Below are positions 43,000 through 56,545 of a stretch of 248,000 bases of DNA, piece by piece. Source of the stretch: Octopus vulgaris (taxonomy: Eukaryota). The stretch lies in NCBI GenBank assembly GCA_951406725.2, contig OX597814.1, positions 169,156,001-169,404,000 of the forward strand. The letters run 5' to 3'. The notes under the pieces are model-generated. The model did no database searches, was not told the DNA's origin, and saw only the letters and a list, made by a program, of their open reading frames with translations. Within the stretch, counting starts at the first letter, position 1. Every line of letters begins with the position of its first letter. The translations under genes were made by a program, and so were the position numbers.

Positions 43000-43618
43000 T
43001 ACTATTATTATTGTTATTGTTATTATTATCATTATTTTGTATTTCTCTCCAGTTTAGTTAAATTCCTTTCTAACCATTATCTCTTTCTCATTCACACATC
43101 AATAGATTAGTGCAACTGGTTGCTACTTTAAAGAGATTGAATGTCTGCTTGCTTGTTTTTAAGACTGGGAACATAGTTTTTTTTCTTGCCATTCTCAGAG
43201 TTGTGGCTAATGTTATTCTGGAAATTGAGGATTGCTGTCTTGGATGGTTTCTATTGCTTCCTCTTCTTGTTTTCTTGCCCAGTCTTTCTAGTTCTTCAAG
43301 GCAGAAGGCTCTGACGTGGCTCTTACTATGATGACCTGTGTATCAATGAAGCTATTTTCCCCTTCGCCATTCATCTCAACACTTTCAACAATGGCATTGT
43401 GGTCTAGGGTATCATTAGAACTTGCAAATCTATTTTGATGCCATTTAGCTCCATATCACCTGTCACCAGTCCAGCTAAAATCACCTGCTCATACAGCAAT
43501 ATAAAAATGATGACCAGCCATTGTTTTACATTATTTTCAATGTCCTCTTCTCATTACCCTTGTATTTTTCTACCCCATACACTGGAGTACAAGATAATCA
43601 GTCCTTATATTTTTTGTG

Positions 43619-44125
43619 TACCATAAATCCTCGAGTATAATCTGCAATTTTTTCCCCAAAATTTGAAGTTCAAAATCCCTAGTGCATACTATATATGAGG
43701 TTAAAAATGAAAAATATTTTCTAAGCAATGTCTGAGTCTCTAATTGCTGTCCAACAATGTTTATTCAGACACATTTTGTGATGTTGGGCGCGAAAATACC
43801 TTAAGCTAAGCCTGAAAGCAATGAAGTCATAAAAGAATCATCCATAACTTGCAGTAAGTGACATTTATTAAATGTTATTACTGTTATTTCTTTATTTTCT
43901 GCAAACAAAAATGCACACGTTTGCATTATGTTATATATAAAATAATAATAAAGGATGTTACTGTATACATTTTTACAAATCAGGGACGTTATATAGACCT
44001 CCTTGACTCAAGCTAGAGAAGGGGTGTATATTATACACAAGGTTTAGGTTTTTCAGAGGTACAGCCCCCTAAAAATCCCCTGCGTATTATACTCAAGGGC
44101 AGACTATACTCGAGAATTTATGGTA
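43619..44125. mobile_element. TA-flanked MITE (Tc1/mariner-pogo-like)
   Basis: TIRs taccataaatcctcgagtata / tatactcgagaatttatggta; other copies at 77447-77970 and 138958-139870. Confidence 0.75.
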
Positions 44126-47100
44126 TGTGTGTGCATGTATGTATGCATCTCCATTTAATAATGGTTTCAAATTTTGGCACAAGGCCACCAAGTTCAGAGG
44201 AAGGGACAAGTTGATTATATTGACCCCAAAGTTTAACTGGTATTTATTTTATCGATCCAATCTTGGCAGAATTTGAACTCAGAACATAAACTGATATAAC
44301 TGTTGGCTGGTTGAAAGTGTAGTTAATAATTTCCGCCTCAAAAGTGCAGCAAGCAGCACCATATCAGTTTTCCCTTCCAATTGAGAGATTTTCTTCTGAA
44401 ATTTCTTGTCATGCATGTTCTAGATACTGCTTTAATGGTAATTTGATACTGCCACCTTCCTTTATAAAACACAGGTAAATTATTTTTTACTTTGCTCTCT
44501 CTTGGATGACATCCTGCAGCAAAAGAGACATTGTCTGGTTTTACATAATTTTCTCAACTAATTTTATTCCAACAACTGTTAAATATAAAATTTTCTGTTT
44601 GTCATGATAGAAGCAAGATTATCTTTAACACAGCTGCTATATGAATGATTTAAAGTGTTTGTCTCTGTACAAGTGTTGTTGCAGTTATTGCTATCTTCAA
44701 AAGTATTTGTTAAACTCTTCAAAAATTTTTTTATTTTATTAATTGCTCATTAAAATGTTAATTCTTTTTTCCTGTTTTTTATTTGAAAGTGCAGTTTGTT
44801 TTAGAGCTTTTTTTTGTTGACATTTATTGGTGTTGTCTTTTGTATATTGAGGATATCTGCCAGACATTTTAAATATAAAATTTAGTTAAAATGTGTAAGC
44901 AAATGAAATAAAGACTGTAAAGGCAAAGCTTTATTTCTGCCTCTCCCTGGGTAGTGATGCCCTTAGGTGTTTAAAATTCATTTTGGGTGAGTGATCCAAA
45001 GAAATTTTCAAAGTTGAATAAAGATGTGTCTCAAAGAGAGAAGATAAAACATGTGTTCACATATTGAGAGTAAAAAACTGTAGCACAAGGAAGGAAAAAG
45101 ACAAAAGAAAAAGTAGCCAATGGGAGAATGAAATACAGAGACCTTATCTGTTGACCTAGGTGGGATGAGCAATCAGTCTTAAGAAGTAAACAAGTCCTTG
45201 CATGCTGCTGCCTCTTATTGAACTGCCTTTTACACGTGCTTCCGGCCCATACATGCCCTGTGGCTGTTCTGCTGGCCCCTGCAGTCTTCACTTCCATCTA
45301 CCTCATCTGCAATCCTCTCCACCAACACCACATAGCTCATCACAGCCCATAACACCACAAACACCACAAAAACAATTACAATAATCATAATAAAATGTTC
45401 TTTTATTTCTCAAATGGAACTAAATGGGATTTATATGATAACAAAGTATAGAATGGTGGTAGTTTGCATTGAGTATAAGAGGAAACAGCAAATATGAAAT
45501 ATATGTTAAAACTGATGTGAAAAATATTGTATGTGTCCCAAAAGGGAGACAACCTCATTGGGTGGTTAACTTAATCTATTACCTGGTTTAATACTACCAC
45601 ATGCTCCCTGTCCTTTAACAGAGTCCACTGTGTTGCAAGCATTTAGGCCAGGCCTCCAGTTTAAGGATACTTTTCTCCCTCCCTTTCATTAGTCTCAGAA
45701 TCTCTGTAAAAAATTCTGGGAAATTGCCTGCTGTTATTTGTACTGTCTAGCCAAGTTCTTCATTCTAAATTGCTCATTCACACATACTTACCACTTATGT
45801 TTATATATTTGTTTTGCAAGATTCTTATTGTTGTATTTAGGGATGGTCATGTTGCCAGTTTAGCCAATGAAAACACAAGCACTATATGTTTGGTGCTAAT
45901 TTGCTTCAGCTTTATTATATTTTTTACATTAATCTTATTTCGGCCAGAGTTCTTTCGTCCATTTCTGTGACCTCATCAGTGGTCCTGTGCTTTCTTCTTT
46001 CTTATTTGTGTGTCTCTCCTTACTAACGATTAGCCATTTTTGTATGTGTCATTATTTGTGCTATTGTATGTGTCTTTATTTGTGCATGCGTATACCCCTA
46101 TGTGTGTCTATGTTTAGTAAGTGTGTGTGTGTGTGTGGGGGGGCAAGTGCCTGTATTATTTGTATCTCCTATTTATACATGTTCCTGTAATTTGTTTTTA
46201 TGCTTAAAGACACATACAATAGGAATACAAAATACAAAATGACCATCCCTAAATACAACAAATACTTACCACCCTTATTCACCTTTCAGCACTTCTCTCT
46301 CTTTCCCTACTCCCACCTTCCATCTCCATCCTTACTTCCCTCATTGGGTGACTCTTGAAATATTGGTTTCAAATTGGCAAAGTTGATCCCGATGGAATTT
46401 GAACTCAGAACATAAAAATGGACAAAATGTTGCTAAGCAGTTTACCTGGCATGCTAACAACTTTGCGTGCTTGCCACTTTGGCTCTTGAAATATTGGTTT
46501 CAAATTTTGGCACAAGTCCAGCAATTTGGAGGGAAGAGACAAGTCAATTAAATCAACCTCAGTGTTCAAATGGTACTTATTGTATTAACCTTGAAAGGAT
46601 GAAAAGCAAAGTCAACCACAGCAGAATTTGAACTCAGAACATATAGATGAACAAAATGTTTCTAAGCATTTTGTCCAGCTTGCTAATTATTCTTCAGCTT
46701 ACCACCTTGGCCCTTGAAATATTGATGAAGGTTGGCAAGAGAAAATGAAAGGAAAAAATGGCATCAACCTTCTCAATCTTATCCATCGCACTACCTTTTT
46801 ACCATAACAATTTAGAAATAAAAAAACTGCTTGCACTTCCCTGCCAAGTGAATGTGGCTGAGCAATACAGGTGCAACCCTACTGAGCCATTGTTGGCTTT
46901 TACTTAGGCTCACTTCCACTTTGTCAAACCTTGCAGGGTATTGACCATGGAGTGATTCAGACCAACAAAGAAATAAAAACTAATTACTCAGACATAGTAA
47001 TCAAGTACAGGGTGTATTCAATTGTATTAAACTCTATACTTAATTTGTATTTTATTTTATTGACTCTGTTTTGTTAGCTGCTCCTCCTATTCTGCTGTCC

Positions 47101-47469
47101 ATCATCCCCTAGAAGGTGATGAAGGCTGAAGTGGTAGGCAGCAGAACTAGAGGAAGACCTCAGTTTGTGTGGATCGATGGATTGAGGAAAGCTTTGGTAG
47201 TTAGAGGTGTTGGAGTGAGAGAGGCAAGAGAGTTTATTAATGGTAGGAAAACTTGGAGAGTTTGTGGACAGATGAGTGAATTTGATGTTGCTCAAAGGGG
47301 TACGGAACATAACAATTAAAATAATAATAAGGAGAAGAATCCTTTCTAGTATAGGCACAATGCCTGAAATTTTGTGGGTTGAGGCTAATTAATTACATTA
47401 ACCCTGAAAGGATGAAGAGCAAAGTCAACCTTGGCAGAATCTGAACTTAGAACATAAAGCCAGATTCAC

Positions 47470-48960
47470 CACCTTAATAATAATGATGATGATGATGATG
47501 GGTCAAAGAGACAAAAACAACATGATAAATAGAATTACAAAAGATACTGAAGGAGAAATGGAGAGAAAAATCACTCCATGGCCAATACCCTGCAAGGTTT
47601 GACAAAGTGGAAGTGAGCCTAAGTAAAAGCCAACAATGGCTCAAAAGCTCTGGTCTAAAAGTTGAAACCGAAGGACTGATTTTCCCTGCACAAGACCAAT
47701 ACCTGGTTACAAACAATTATAAAAGCAAAATAATGAAAAGCAGCCTGAACACCAAATGCAGTGTCTGCAACCAGCACAGTGAGACTGTAAACCACATCAT
47801 CTTAGGCTGCCCAGTCCTTGCCAAATCTGGATATATATACTGTATACAGACACATCAGAGTAAGCAGTTATATCCATTAGACAAGATGCCAACATTACAG
47901 CATTAAAGCTGACAACAAGTGGCAGAAACGTTAACGCACCAGGCGAAATGCTTAGCGGTATTTCATCTGCCGTTACGTTCTGAGTTCAAATTCCGCTGGG
48001 GTCGACTTTGCCTTTCATCCTTTCGGGGTCGATAAATAAAGTACCAGTTACGCACTGGGGTCGATATAATCGACTTAATCCGTTTGTCTGTCCTTGTTTG
48101 TCCTCTCTGTGTTTAGCCCCTTGTGGGTAGTAAAGAAATAGGTATAAACATGTGCTAAACAAGGTCCAAGACAACAACCAGGTCACAATCATCTGGGATA
48201 TGCCAGTTCAAAACAACAAAGAAACAAAAGCTAATCACCCAGACATAGTAATCAAGAATTGGAAAAGAAATACCAGCTTACTGATAGACATTGCAGTCCC
48301 TTTTGATCAAAATATTATCTAGAAGGAAATGGAGAAATAGTCAAAGTACAAAGACCTCAAAATTGAAATATTCAAGATGTAGAGCATGAAGGTAAAAACA
48401 ATATCAATAATAATTGAAGCATTGGGCATGATAAAAAGACATATGAACAAAAACATAGAAGCTATACCTGGGTCCTCAACACTACACACTATCCAAAAAA
48501 TAGCCCTGCTAGGAACAGCACACATCCTATGCAAGACTATCAATTCAATAATACAACCTAAACAAAACAACCCACAAACACAAGATGCTCTATACAGCAA
48601 TTACCCAATAAAATAAACTTACACCAGCAAACTAGATAACCAAAGCATTACACACTCAACATACAATACAAGCAGTAATGCAAAAATGCTAACACTATAC
48701 AATACTGGGAAAAGTTTGTGCATTCCCCAAAGCAGAAAAGAACGCACAATGCTGTGCACACCCCAGCAACACGAATGTGCAGCAGGTGATGCAGTAGAAA
48801 TTTGCCTCAAACTACCAAATGTTGAACAATTATAAAATAATAATAACCATGCTGGTAATGATAATAATGATAATTTTATTGCTAGCAGGACCCATTCATA
48901 CATACAAAACAAAATGAGTTAGAAGAGTAGGCAAAGTGGTATGACAAACACAGGACAATA
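47470..48960 (+). mobile_element. Degenerate R4/Dong-type LINE 3' part interrupted by a family B SINE
   Basis: QQWLKSSGLKVETEGLIFPAQDQ...CSVC..ETVNHIILGCPVLA; TISIIIEALGMIK; SINE at 47925-48143. Confidence 0.7.
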
Positions 48961-49296
48961 TATTAAAGATAATAGAATCTTTTTTTTTATAAATAACACT
49001 AAGTAAATGAATATATAACACTCATTCATTTCTTTGTCTGATTTTCCATGCTAGCATGGGTTAGATGAATACGAATTATTGAAGTGTTTTAAAGCTGGGT
49101 CTAAACCTGAAACCATGTGGTTGGTTAGAAAGCATACGTCTTAACTACACAACCATAGCTGTGTCTAGATAGATGAATGAATATATACATGTGTGTGTGT
49201 GTGTAAAAGGAGAGAGAGGGAATTAAATGAAATATAAATAAAAACTGATAACAAATGAATAGTAAACCCACTTCCACATGGTTGAGGAGATACCAC

Positions 49297-49379
49297 CTGG
49301 GTTTGATCACAGCACTCCATGACCCTGGTCACGTGCCACTCATCTACTCCACATTCATGTCTTGAAAAATGCTCAGTTC
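49297..49379 (-). CDS. Candidate exon (xTEHFSRHECGVDEWHVTRVMECCDQTQ)
   Basis: tttttaag acceptor, CAG|gtggta donor, single open frame. Confidence 0.22.
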
Positions 49380-49781
49380 CTTAAAAATATATATGAATGA
49401 ACTTATTTTCTACTATCACGTTTGTTCTCTTTGATATAAATATAGTAAGCTATATATACATATGAACACTTCACTTTAAAATTGCACTGCATAACCTACA
49501 AACACAACTCTTCTGTCTCACAGACTTATGACATGATTTGTGCAATAAACAAATGATAATAAATAAATAAATGGAAAAATATAAAAAAAAAAGTAAGTTT
49601 TGCTCTCCTAATTCAGCTGATGTCTGGCTTTACTAAATGTGCACTGCCTCAACTTTGAAACTCAAATTTCATTCATATGTCATACAGTATAATACACATA
49701 GCCACACATGAACACACACATATAGACACGTGTGTGTGTGTGTGTGTGTGTGTGTATGTATCTATATTTGTGTGTGTGTTA

Positions 49782-49834
<53 letters not shown>

Positions 49835-50250
49835 TACACACGTGTGTGTGTATATATCATCATCATCATCACCATCATCATTTAATGTTCGCTGTCCATG
49901 CTGACGTGGGTTGAATGACCTGGTATGCTGGAAGGCTGCAGCAGACTCCAGTCAGATTTGGCATGGTTTTTGACAGCTGGATGCCCTTCCTAATGGCAAC
50001 CACTCCAAGAGTGTAATGGGTACTTTTACATGCCATTTACATGACACTGGCATGTGTTTATATACCACTGGCATGGGTGCCAATATGCATGACACTGATA
50101 TCTGTCATGGCTGTGATTTTGCTCAGCTTGATAGGTGTTCTTCTCAAGCATGACATAATGCCAAAGGTCTTAATCTTTGCCTTCGTGACACCCAAAACTT
50201 GAAAGGAACTTAGCCACTTTGCCTCCATGAAGCTCGGCACTATATGTATG

Positions 50251-50353
<103 letters not shown>

Positions 50354-50819
50354 CTGGCTTCCGTGCCGGTGGCACGTAAAATACACCAATCTGACCGTGC
50401 CCGTTGCCAGCCTCGCCTGGCACCTGTGCAGGTGGCATGTAAAAAGCACCCACTACACTCACGGAGTGGTTGGCGTTAGGAAGGGCATCCAGCTGTAGAA
50501 ACATTGCCAGAAAAGACTGGAGCCTGGTGCAGCCTTCTGGCTTCCCAGATCCCCGGTCGAACCGTCCAACCCATGCTAGCATGGAGAACGGACGTTAAAC
50601 GATGATGATGATGATGATGATATATAATGTATGTGTGTGTGTACATATATATAAAATGCATGTGTGTATATATATCTAAATAATATGTGTATATTTATAT
50701 ATATATATATATATAATGTATGTGCGTGTGTGTGTGTGTGTGTATATATATACACACACACACACAATGAAGCATTGTGTAAAATATATATTGTATAAAG
50801 GATCGTGGGTAAGGCCAAA

Positions 50820-51620
50820 ACAATGCGAAGTAAATGCAAGGCAAATCACAAGAAAACAAATATGTGAATTAATGTAGACTTACCTTGTATTCAATATTTC
50901 GGGATTATGACCCCATTTTCAAGAAATAAATGAATGTTGCTGATGTTCGTGCATGTGAGTGTGTGTGGAGTGGACATGCACAGAAAGGTGTTGCTATAGC
51001 AACCAGTTAGTTTCTTGTAACTCTCTTCTGTTGTTGATCTTGGGTTTCTTTTGGTGTATGAGGATGGCCTCAGAGATTCTAAGATTGCTCCTGTTCCACT
51101 GTGTTGCCTTGATATGCACTGTGAATTCCTGGGTCTGGCATTTCTGTAGATGTTTCTTCATGGAAGTGTCTGTCTGCATGTGTTCCTTAATGCGTACATG
51201 CTGTTTTCTTATCATGCTTCCGATGTAGGATGCACCACATTTGCCACAGATGATCTCATATACAACATACGTCCTCTGTACAATTCAGGGTCATTGATGG
51301 CGCAGTTCGACAATGTGCACTCCTCGGAGAAGCGAGAGGTATTGTTCTTGGACAGAGCTTTTCTCAGGGAAGAGCTGGTGCGCACTATCTGTATGTCAAG
51401 TCCTTTTCTGCAGACTGTGTGTTGTATCGCTGCAGTAGTTCTGTCATCAAAGTGTGGTAACTTTAGAAAGCATGTGCTGGACTTGGGAGTATGATGGTTC
51501 TTCCGGGGTTTATTGACCCAGAAATATTGAATACAAGGTAAGTCTACATTAATTCACATATTTTCTTGTGATTTACCTTGCATTTACTTTGCATTGTTTT
51601 GGCCTTACCCACAATCCTTT
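50820..51620 (-). mobile_element. Penelope-like element, GIY-YIG endonuclease C-terminal remnant, inverted terminal repeats
   Basis: ORF 50994-51215 HVRIKEH...NLRISEAILIHQKKPKINNRREL; ends 50820-50935 and 51500-51620 are inverted copies. Confidence 0.7.
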
Positions 51621-54600
51621 ATACAATATATATATATATATATATATATAAATACAGGTTAAATCCAATTTGATCAATATCCAAAGAGATTTATTTCGTT
51701 ATTATTTTATAATTAGCCTTTATTTATTTATAAAATTAATCTAATTTTTGTATCTCTATAAATTCATATAATAAGTTAATATTTAGATAAGTAATAAGTA
51801 AATAAATATTAAACTATTTCTTTGCAATTTTCTTTTCCTCCCTCTATTATGGTAAAAATTTGGTATATACTCAAAATATTCAAAGAAGTTTTATCCTTTT
51901 ATTAAAATTTAATTCTTAATAATCTTCTTGATTACCCTAAATTTTAACTTTATACAATAAGACAATATTGCTTGAAATTATCTTTAGAAATTACTTGATT
52001 TATCTCTTTCTCAAATGGGTCTACCCTCCTGAACTTAGTATTTACAAGGGCCTTTATATAAACAACCCTTCTAAACAAGTACAACTAAGAAACCATAAAT
52101 ATCATGTAAAGGAGTAACAATAATAACTTCTTAAACCTATAATATGACTCTAAGTTTTTAAAAAAAGATTAGTTTAAAATATGATTGTTCCATAACTTAA
52201 ACATTCCTTTAGCTGATACCAGACACCAGTCTTTTATTGATATTTGCTAAATAAGTGAATATATAATTTTTAGTCTAATATATTTTGAATTATTATACTT
52301 TTTCTAAAAATCTTCTCTATTGGTGTTAATAAGCTACATATACTTTAACATAGTATTAGTAATTAAGCTATTTTATTTCCTTTTCTATGGTGTTCTGCCC
52401 TACTTGATTATTTTATTTTATTTCTTTATTATTTTATAACTAGCCTTTATTTATAAAATTAATCTACTTTTTGTATCTCTATAAATCCATACTTAGCTTA
52501 TATATAAAACTATACTGGTATATTCACTACTTATAAAAAATACTGCTTAGATTATAATTTTATTAATATATAATTAGCATGTTCCTTTACCTCAATACTC
52601 CTTTATTAATACCAGTATATACCAATTAATCAATATTCACAGATACCATCTGATGAGTTAGTATTTAAGTGTACAATATGTATAAATATTAAACTATTTC
52701 AGGATAATTTCTTTTCCTCCCTCTATTGTGGTAATAGTTTGGTATATACTCAAAAGTATTCATAAATTTCTATTCTTTTGTTATAATATTCTTCTTAATA
52801 ATCCTCTGAATAACCCTAAACTTTAACTGTATACAATATAGCAACATTGTTTAAAATATTTAACTATAGTACTATATGATAAGACTTCCCCTGTTTCATT
52901 ATCAATGATCTACTAGTGGGCGACCCCCTTAAAGCAAACATCTTTACCTTTACCAAACCTCATGATATTGCTTCTAATAAATCTTGATTTTTATGACTAT
53001 ACCAACTAAAATGTTATCGCTTAACAGTTGTCCTTGTTATTAATAGACAACTGTAATAGGTGGGTTGTTAAGAGTACAGGGAGGGTTTTAAAAGTCCAAA
53101 TACACGTTAAATAAATGCTGTAAATATGGTGTCCCTACTTCGTGGAAATTCAGTTATCGTGGCCATTCTCAGAACCAATCTACCACGATAAACGAGGGAT
53201 CACTGTATTTATGTTCTAAATGAATTTAATAAAAGCATCTAAATATGAAACATGAAAATTGTTCAAACTGAAATCCTTCTTGAACGACACATTTTCCCAT
53301 TCGAGTCAATACAGAATAACAGATAGTATTTCTGGAATTTTGATTTGCTGTCGGGTGACTTTTGGCCACACAGTACATATTCTATTATATACTACAGTTC
53401 TAAGGCCATGCTGGAGCACAACCAGAGTAATCACCTTTCAAATAGCCAATCTTATGTAATTAGCTTTTGGTGAAAGAAGGTTTTCAACACTGCTGCCCTC
53501 TTTTGAGGTGGACCAAAAATCATGCATAAATTAACTTCAATACGCTCTGGAATTATGAGACTGGCTTCAATTTTTCTAAAACCAAATAAAATAAATAAAA
53601 TAATGGTGAATACTAATGTACTTGTTCATGATGAATAAAATTAATAGTAATAACAACATAATTTGAATTAAATGCCAAATGCTTTGATGAGTGACTTTTG
53701 GGCCCACCCTGCATGTGTGTGTGACTTTTGGCCCACCCTGCATATGTTTACTCTCACAAGCACTCACACATTCACACACACAAATAAACAAAAGAACTGG
53801 AATGATAAAACCTGTCAGAATTAACCCAAAACAAAGGCAACATTTATATGAGCATCATTGCTGATCTAGTTTATATTATACAAAACAAAAGAAAAAAAAC
53901 ACAAAGGAAACAGTCTTTAATTTATTTTTTACTGACACTTATTGTTGGCTAGCATATGAGTAATGATTTTCATTGAGGCATATAATTTTACTACTGAATG
54001 TACTTCTTATCATTAACCACCCAACTGTAAGAGTGATATTTGTTATTCAGGTAAAATTTCTATGGGCCTGTCTAGGGCAGTGGTATATTAACTGTATATA
54101 AAAAAAAAAAAGCATTAATGCCTCATTTTTGTATCTGGTTTGCAAAATTCTTCATGTGAGCTCATGTGTTGAAACATATTTTGTTGTATTTTAGGAAGTC
54201 ACTGTGCCAATAATAAACACAAGTACAGGTTCTATTTCACTTCCATTTATTATTATTTATCAATTAACCCTTTGGCATACAGATTACTCTGTCAAATGTA
54301 ATGCTTATTTATTCACATTATTTGAAATTAATCATGCACTATCTTATAGCTTTGAGATTTCAGTGATGTGATTGCTTATTTTTGGAATGACATTGTAGGG
54401 TAGGTGTGAGATTCTGAATCTGGCAAATTTGACCATAAAACAGGTAGAATATTAGGGCCAGATATAACCGGTTTAAAAACTAAAGGCTTAAAGATGACAA
54501 ACTAGCAGAATCATTAACATACTGTGCAAAATGCTTAGCAGCATTTCGTCTGCCTTTACGTTCTGAGTTCAAATTCTGCCATGGTTGACTTTCATGGTTG

Positions 54601-55849
54601 ACTTTCAGGGTTGACACAATAAGTACCAGTTGAGCACTGGGGTCAATGTAATTGACTAACTCCTCCCCCAAAATTTGAGGTCTTATGCCTAAAGTAGAAA
54701 GGATTAGTATTTATCAATTGAGGATGGCAAGTTAGTAAATAGTTAGCATGCTGAACAAAATTCTGAGTGGCATATCCCCTGGCTTTGCATTCTGAGTTCA
54801 AATTCTGTCAAGGTCAGTTTGCTTTTCAACCTTTCAAGGTCAATAAAATAGGTACCAGTCTAACACTAGGGTTGATACAATCAACTAGCCCCCTACAAAT
54901 TTCAGACCTTGTGCCTATTGTACATATATACACTCTCATACATAGATACAGGATTATTATCTCTATATATATAAAGCTGAAGTTGTCTGTGTATGGCAGG
55001 TTTGGTAGCCTTCAACTAACACTATCTCATCCGAGACCCTACAGTGCAAGTTGACTAAAATTGAGAATATGATAGAAGCAGGCTTGCTCCTCCTTCTATA
55101 GAAGAAAAAATTCAAATCGGACCATGTTAACACCAAAAATTATTTACATCAAAAAAGTGCTTTTTTTCTATGAAAATCCCTATTTTTTATGATTTTTTTA
55201 CTGCTGTGTCGCCAATTCTCGGTGTATTTCAACCAGAAAAATGTTCACTTAAAGAGAATAACAAGCTACATAATGCAAAATTTTTACTTTTCAAAAATTC
55301 CAATTCTAAAGGGTCGAAACAAACCCGAGCAACACTGGGCGATACTGCTAGTATCTTATTATAGTAGAAATTATCATTAGTCCATTGGTTAACCATTTAA
55401 CCAATCAGTTGTTTGATTAATCACTTGGTCAATCCATCAATCAATCAGCTAGGTTTATTGAAGTCCTTTTGTTGCTATTCATGGCCATATCAGTAACATG
55501 CCCCCTCTACTTCAGGTGACAAAGATATCTGAGTGAGTGGTTAACCGAAAGATTAATCAAACAATCGATTAGTTAACTGGTTAAATAATTAACCAATAGA
55601 CTAATAAGAAGAATAAATGGATTGTAATAGAACTAGTGTGTGCATGTGCTTATTAATGCCATAATGACCCTCCTGAGGTAAAACACTAATGCTTTTGGAT
55701 AAACTGAGAACATCACAGTCATATCTTCCTTGACTTTTTCTTTTTTCATATATATTTTTCAGGATCCACACTTTAGTTAAGAAACCAATATTTTAACTAA
55801 TAATCAAGGAAGGATAAGAGAAAAAAATATAAAGAAGTAATATTTGTTA

Positions 55850-56545
55850 TGTAATGTATTTATACAAATCTTTCTCTCTCTTTCATACACATACACATAT
55901 ATATATAAACTGCACAGATGCACAAATTTATATGTTTTTCCAGTTCCTGATACACATTCAGTTGTGACTGCTTTTGATCTTCTGTGAGCAAATGAGGCAC
56001 AGATTTTGCTGCAATTCTTTTCATTTGCAATTCCTCACTCAAAATTCGTTGGCAGGAGTTCCAGGACACACCAGTCATATCAACAAGTTCGTCAATTGTT
56101 TGGTGACGGTCCTCCAAGATCAGTTCATGAATTTTTATGATGTTTTGATTCGTTTGGGAGGTCAACGGTCATCCTGAATGAGGTTGGTCTTCAAGCAACA
56201 AGTGACCATTCTTAAAGCATGAAACCACTTGTAAACTTGCGTTTTGCTCATGACAGCATTCTTGTAAGCAGTTTGAAGCATGACAACTGTTTTGGCCACC
56301 GTTTTCCCCAGCAGAAAACAGAATTTCACAGAAGCACATTGTTCCTTCATTTCAGCCATTGCAAAAATTGACAAATAGGGGAGAAGCACCGTAAAACCCA
56401 AACCCACCACATGGAAGTATGACTTCACTGGTTGGCATACTGATGCCTGAGGATCGCTTCAAGTAGCTTCTAGTGGCAGAAGCCTGAACTACAATGGGCT
56501 TGTCCCACAGAGAACAATCTGGTTACTTTTGGGTACCACCTTGTA
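55850..56545 (-). mobile_element. Mariner transposase pseudogene fragment
   Basis: EQCASVKFCFLLGKTVAKTVVMLQTAY...KTQVYKWF; IHELILEDRHQTIDEL...QRILSEELQMKRIAAKSVPHLLT. Confidence 0.8.

Noticed and set aside
45580-45680. KGQGACGS resembling the papain-family QGxCGSCW motif
   Set aside because: No CW, a stop just upstream, and no usable acceptor.
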